Assembly: GCA_947085205.1 (NCBI GenBank)
Contig: CAMTVO010000010.1
Location: forward strand, 1-64,000
Reading direction: 5' to 3'
DNA length: 64,000 bases
DNA from: an uncultured Nitrospiraceae bacterium
GTDB taxonomy: Bacteria > Nitrospirota > Thermodesulfovibrionia > Thermodesulfovibrionales > Dissulfurispiraceae
Both the position numbers and the translations under genes were made by a program. Position 1 is the stretch's first letter, and every line of letters starts with the position of its first letter. The notes under the pieces are model-generated. The model worked only from the letters and a program-made list of their open reading frames with translations, was not told the origin of the DNA and searched no databases. Positions 60,292 through 64,000 of the stretch are shown here, in pieces.

Positions 60292-62024
60292 TGGCGTTTA
60301 AGAGACCAACAGGCAAAAGCTTTGAAGAGCTGCTCATAGAAAGAGGTCTCCTGACAAAGGAGAAACTACAGGAGTTTCTCACAAAGATAACAAAGGAGAA
60401 AAAGAGCCTCGAACAGCTCCTTCTTGAATCCGGATTTTCGGAGGAGAAGATATCCTCCATTAAGGCGGAATACCTCGGCTACGAATTCGTAGATCTATCC
60501 TCCTATCCCCAGCCGTCAATGGATTTATTGAAGCACATCAAGCCTGCCTATGCAAAAAACTATAAGGTGTTGCCTGTGAAATTCGAAGATGAAGCCCTGA
60601 CCATCGCAATGGTAGAGCCAAGGGATTTTATGGCTCTGGACGAGGTTATCCGTCTTTACAGGGATTCAAAGTTCAGGATAAAAGATTCTAAAGTAGTAAT
60701 GACCACAACAAAACACCTCTTTTCGGCCATCGAAAAATTTTATGCCATCCCGAAGGAGGAGATGGGTCTCGGAAGCATACTATCACAGGTTGCAGAGACA
60801 TACAGGGCCGAGATAGAAGTGGCAGAGGTTGCAAGAGAGGATGCCACAGAAAACAGCGCTCCGATTGTCATGCTCGCAAATAAGATAGTGGAAGAGGCAT
60901 TCCGGAAAAGGACAAGCGACATACATCTTGAACCGGCAATAGACCATCTCCGCGTCAGATACCGCGTAGACGGTGAACTGGCGGAAGTAATGCGCGTGCC
61001 GAGATATGCGCAGGATGCCCTTATTACCAGATTTAAAATCATGTCAGACATGAGGATAGACGAAAGACGACAGCCTCAGGACGGCAGGATAGACTTTACA
61101 AAATACAGTCCCGCAGTCGAGATAGACCTCCGTGTCTCTACGGTTCCGACGCCTCATGGAGAGGACATTGTGATGAGGATACTTGACAAGAAGAGCTCTA
61201 TCCTCTCGCTCGATATGTTGGGATTCAATGAACATAATATGAAGTTGTATAAGGAAGCAATAGCTTCACCATATGGCATCCTTCTCCATGTCGGACCTAC
61301 AGGAAGCGGAAAGACAACCGGCCTTTACGCTGCCTTGAAATCCATGGACACCCCTGATGTCAAGATAGTCACAGCAGAAGACCCTGTGGAATATACCCTT
61401 GGAGGACAGATTATACAGAGCAATATCAATCCGCCTGCCGGTTATACCTTTGCAAAGGCAATAAGGGCATTTATGAGGCACGACCCTGATATTATCCTCA
61501 TAGGTGAAATCAGAGACCTCGAGACAGCAAAGACAGCAGTTGAGGCATCACTTACAGGACATCTTGTTTTTTCAACACTTCATACAAACGATGCCATTGG
61601 AACAGTAACGAGGCTTACAGAGATGGGAATAGAGCCTTACCTCGTTGCAGACTCCCTACTTTTAGTCTGCGCCCAGAGGCTTATGAGGAGGATATGCAAA
61701 AAGTGCAAGGAGTCCTACATCGTTACAGACGAAGAGGTGGAGATGTCCAAAGGCGATATCAAGCCCGGAACTACGCTCTATAGGGGCAAGGGCTGCGATG
61801 CCTGCGAAGGTACAGGCTATAAAGGACGTACAGGAGTTTATGAGATACTTGCAATGAACAAAAAGCTAAGGAGCCTTTTGATAAAAGGGGCTTCCACAGA
61901 GGAATTGAGGAAAACGGCCATCGAGACAGGAATGCTGACATTAAGGCAGGATGCAATAGAAAAGGCATTGACAGGCGTCAGCACCATAGAAGAAGTCGTT
62001 TCTACCACACTGGCAGAAGGATAA
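60291..62024 (+). CDS. GspE/PilB-family ATPase
   Basis: SDIHLEP, PQDGRI, GPTGSGKTT, EDPVEY, RHDPDIILIGEIRD, STLHTND, Zn motif CKKC/CDAC. Confidence 0.93.
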   Translation: MAFKRPTGKSFEELLIERGLLTKEKLQEFLTKITKEKKSLEQLLLESGFSEEKISSIKAEYLGYEFVDLSSYPQPSMDLLKHIKPAYAKNYKVLPVKFEDEALTIAMVEPRDFMALDEVIRLYRDSKFRIKDSKVVMTTTKHLFSAIEKFYAIPKEEMGLGSILSQVAETYRAEIEVAEVAREDATENSAPIVMLANKIVEEAFRKRTSDIHLEPAIDHLRVRYRVDGELAEVMRVPRYAQDALITRFKIMSDMRIDERRQPQDGRIDFTKYSPAVEIDLRVSTVPTPHGEDIVMRILDKKSSILSLDMLGFNEHNMKLYKEAIASPYGILLHVGPTGSGKTTGLYAALKSMDTPDVKIVTAEDPVEYTLGGQIIQSNINPPAGYTFAKAIRAFMRHDPDIILIGEIRDLETAKTAVEASLTGHLVFSTLHTNDAIGTVTRLTEMGIEPYLVADSLLLVCAQRLMRRICKKCKESYIVTDEEVEMSKGDIKPGTTLYRGKGCDACEGTGYKGRTGVYEILAMNKKLRSLLIKGASTEELRKTAIETGMLTLRQDAIEKALTGVSTIEEVVSTTLAEG

Positions 62025-62085
62025 GCGTTATAGCGTAAAACGATATAACACCGTAACGCAACGCTATAAATGCTATAACGATGAT

Positions 62086-64000
62086 ATGAAGAAAAAAACA
62101 GGCATCTTCATAGGATTATCCATTACTATCTTTGTCGCTGTATTAATGCTCCTCAAACTATCCCCTCTCGAAACCTTTGAAGAAAAGCTCTACGATTATA
62201 GATTCAAAATCAGAGGCACAATCAAACCGCCGGATACCGTCGTAATTGCCGCCATAGATGAAAAGAGCATAGAAAGGCTCGGCAGATGGCCGTGGAGCAG
62301 GGACAAGATAGCGAGGCTTGTAGAAAAGTTAAATGAGGCGGGAGCAGAGATAATAGTCTTTGATGTGATTTTCAGCGAGAGCGAAAGAAACGACGCCATG
62401 CTCGGCAAAGCTATTAAGGATGCGGGGAATGTGATACTGCCGATAGCCTTTGACTTCGAAAAAGAATCAGCGATACAAGACAAGGAATTCCTCCTCCGCG
62501 CATCATTTTACTCGGTCAGCAATCATGAGATGTTTGATAAATATAATCCTATTACGGCAAAGAGCATACTAATGCCTGTTTCAGAACTTATCAGGGAGGC
62601 GATAACCTTAGGACATATCAATATGTTCCCTGACAGCGACGGCACTCTGAGGTGGGAATCTCTCGTAATAGCATATAACGGCTATCTTTATCCTTCAATT
62701 ACGCTTAATGCTGCAGCCTCTTATCTCGGCATTCCTCATGAAAAGGTTGTTTTGAAAGCAACAGAAGGGGTATATGCCGGGAAAAGGTATATACCTACAG
62801 ACAGATGGGGCAGAACGCTTATAAACTATTACGGCTCTAATCAGACTTTCAAACATATATCCATATCGGATATTTTAGAGGGCAAGGTTAATCCAGACGA
62901 ACTTCAGGGCAGGATAATACTCATCGGCGCAACTGCAATCGGCATCTATGATTTGAGGGTCACTCCGTTTTCTCCTGCTATGCCCGGAGTCGAAAAGCAC
63001 GCAAGCGTCATATCGTCCATAATGGAAAACAGATTGCTGAGATGCGTTCCACTGCATACAAATCTGATTATTATCCTGTTGTCAGGAATTTTGTTCTCCT
63101 TTCTTATTGCGAGATTTAAGGCATTGGGCGCAGCTTTCGTCACAGGAATATTTCTTTCGGTTATATTTTCTACAGGCTATTACCTGTTTGCACAAAAAGG
63201 TTTGTGGATAAACATCACGTATCCGTCCATCAACATCCTTCTCATATTCATAAGCGTTACTGCTTACAACTATGCGGTTGAGGAGAGGTATGCAAGGAGA
63301 ATAAGGGCGATGTTTTCAAGTTATGTAACAGAGAAGATTGTGAATGAATTGATCAGAAACCCTGATATGGCAAAACTTGGAGGCGAAAGGAGAGAAATTA
63401 CAATTCTTTTTTCCGATATAAAGGATTTTACATCATTCGCGGAAAAACACTCCCCTGAAGAGGTTGTTTCAATACTTAATGAATATCTCGGCGAAATGAC
63501 AGATATAGTCTTTAAATGGGAAGGCACTTTGGATAAATTCATCGGCGACGCCATTTTAGCCTTCTGGGGCGCGCCAATGAAACAGGAGAACCATGCAGAG
63601 CTTGCTGTCAAATGTGCATTACACATGGTGAGAAGACTCGAAGAGCTCCAGCAGAAGTGGCAGTCCGAAGGCAAGCCTGTTCTGGATTGCGGAATAGGCA
63701 TAAACACAGGAGAGGTGCTCGTGGGAAACATCGGCGCAGAAGGCAAAAAAATGGAATACACTGTAATCGGAGACCATGTAAATCTTGGCTCAAGGGTAGA
63801 AGGTCTCACAAGGAAGTATAATGTGCATATCCTGATAACAGAATTTACTATGAACAGGATAAAGGATTTAATCTCATCAGGCAAGCTATGGCGCACTGAA
63901 GTCACAGGGCTCGAAAGGGTGGTTGTTAAAGGAAAGGAAACACCCGTCTCTATATACGAACTCAAATCCGCAGAATACGGCGTTGAGTCAAAGATTACAG
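62086..64000 (+). CDS. CHASE2-domain class III adenylate/guanylate cyclase (runs off the window)
   Basis: My translation: IDEKSIERLGRWPWSR, DSDGTLR, PGVEKHA, TM helices, ILFSDIKDFTS, DKFIGDAI, GINTGEV.VGNIG, YTVIGDHVNLGSRVEG. Confidence 0.92.
   Translation, partial: MKKKTGIFIGLSITIFVAVLMLLKLSPLETFEEKLYDYRFKIRGTIKPPDTVVIAAIDEKSIERLGRWPWSRDKIARLVEKLNEAGAEIIVFDVIFSESERNDAMLGKAIKDAGNVILPIAFDFEKESAIQDKEFLLRASFYSVSNHEMFDKYNPITAKSILMPVSELIREAITLGHINMFPDSDGTLRWESLVIAYNGYLYPSITLNAAASYLGIPHEKVVLKATEGVYAGKRYIPTDRWGRTLINYYGSNQTFKHISISDILEGKVNPDELQGRIILIGATAIGIYDLRVTPFSPAMPGVEKHASVISSIMENRLLRCVPLHTNLIIILLSGILFSFLIARFKALGAAFVTGIFLSVIFSTGYYLFAQKGLWINITYPSINILLIFISVTAYNYAVEERYARRIRAMFSSYVTEKIVNELIRNPDMAKLGGERREITILFSDIKDFTSFAEKHSPEEVVSILNEYLGEMTDIVFKWEGTLDKFIGDAILAFWGAPMKQENHAELAVKCALHMVRRLEELQQKWQSEGKPVLDCGIGINTGEVLVGNIGAEGKKMEYTVIGDHVNLGSRVEGLTRKYNVHILITEFTMNRIKDLISSGKLWRTEVTGLERVVVKGKETPVSIYELKSAEYGVESKIT

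Overview
Gene-dense bacterial chromosomal window from an anaerobe, most consistent with a Nitrospirota (Thermodesulfovibrionia-like) sulfur-metabolising organism; this is inferred from the dsr and cob/cbi gene styles and was not verified by search. It contains, in order: an aromatic amino acid operon (nadB-pyk-pheA-hisC-aroF-tyrA-aroA); housekeeping genes; a protein-only RNase P (HARP) convergent with a tRNA-Leu/small ORF/Rnl3-type RNA ligase unit; glnS and gltX; a cobalamin-riboswitch-led cobamide operon ending in a GATase-like gene and a BzaF-like ThiC paralog; a dsrH-E-F-tusA operon facing a reductive-type dsrA-B-D-N-X-C-M-K-J-like-ferredoxin cluster with no dsrT/O/P here; smc; a four-tRNA cluster; ribBA; and a GAF-PAS/PilB-GspE/CHASE2-cyclase unit. 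The most striking signal is many very small repeats inserted in frame into otherwise intact genes: C-run/G-run hairpins, GTAG REP-like hairpins, 24-27 nt elements, and 7/8-mer tandem arrays, often nested. Other oddities include a tRNA with a His body but a GUU anticodon, a FolD lacking cyclohydrolase residues, an ATA-started rsfS, and an attC-like relic beside an orphan hicB. No CRISPR array, rRNA or intact transposase was seen. All family calls come from motif recognition by eye, and several start codons are my adjustments to the ORF track.
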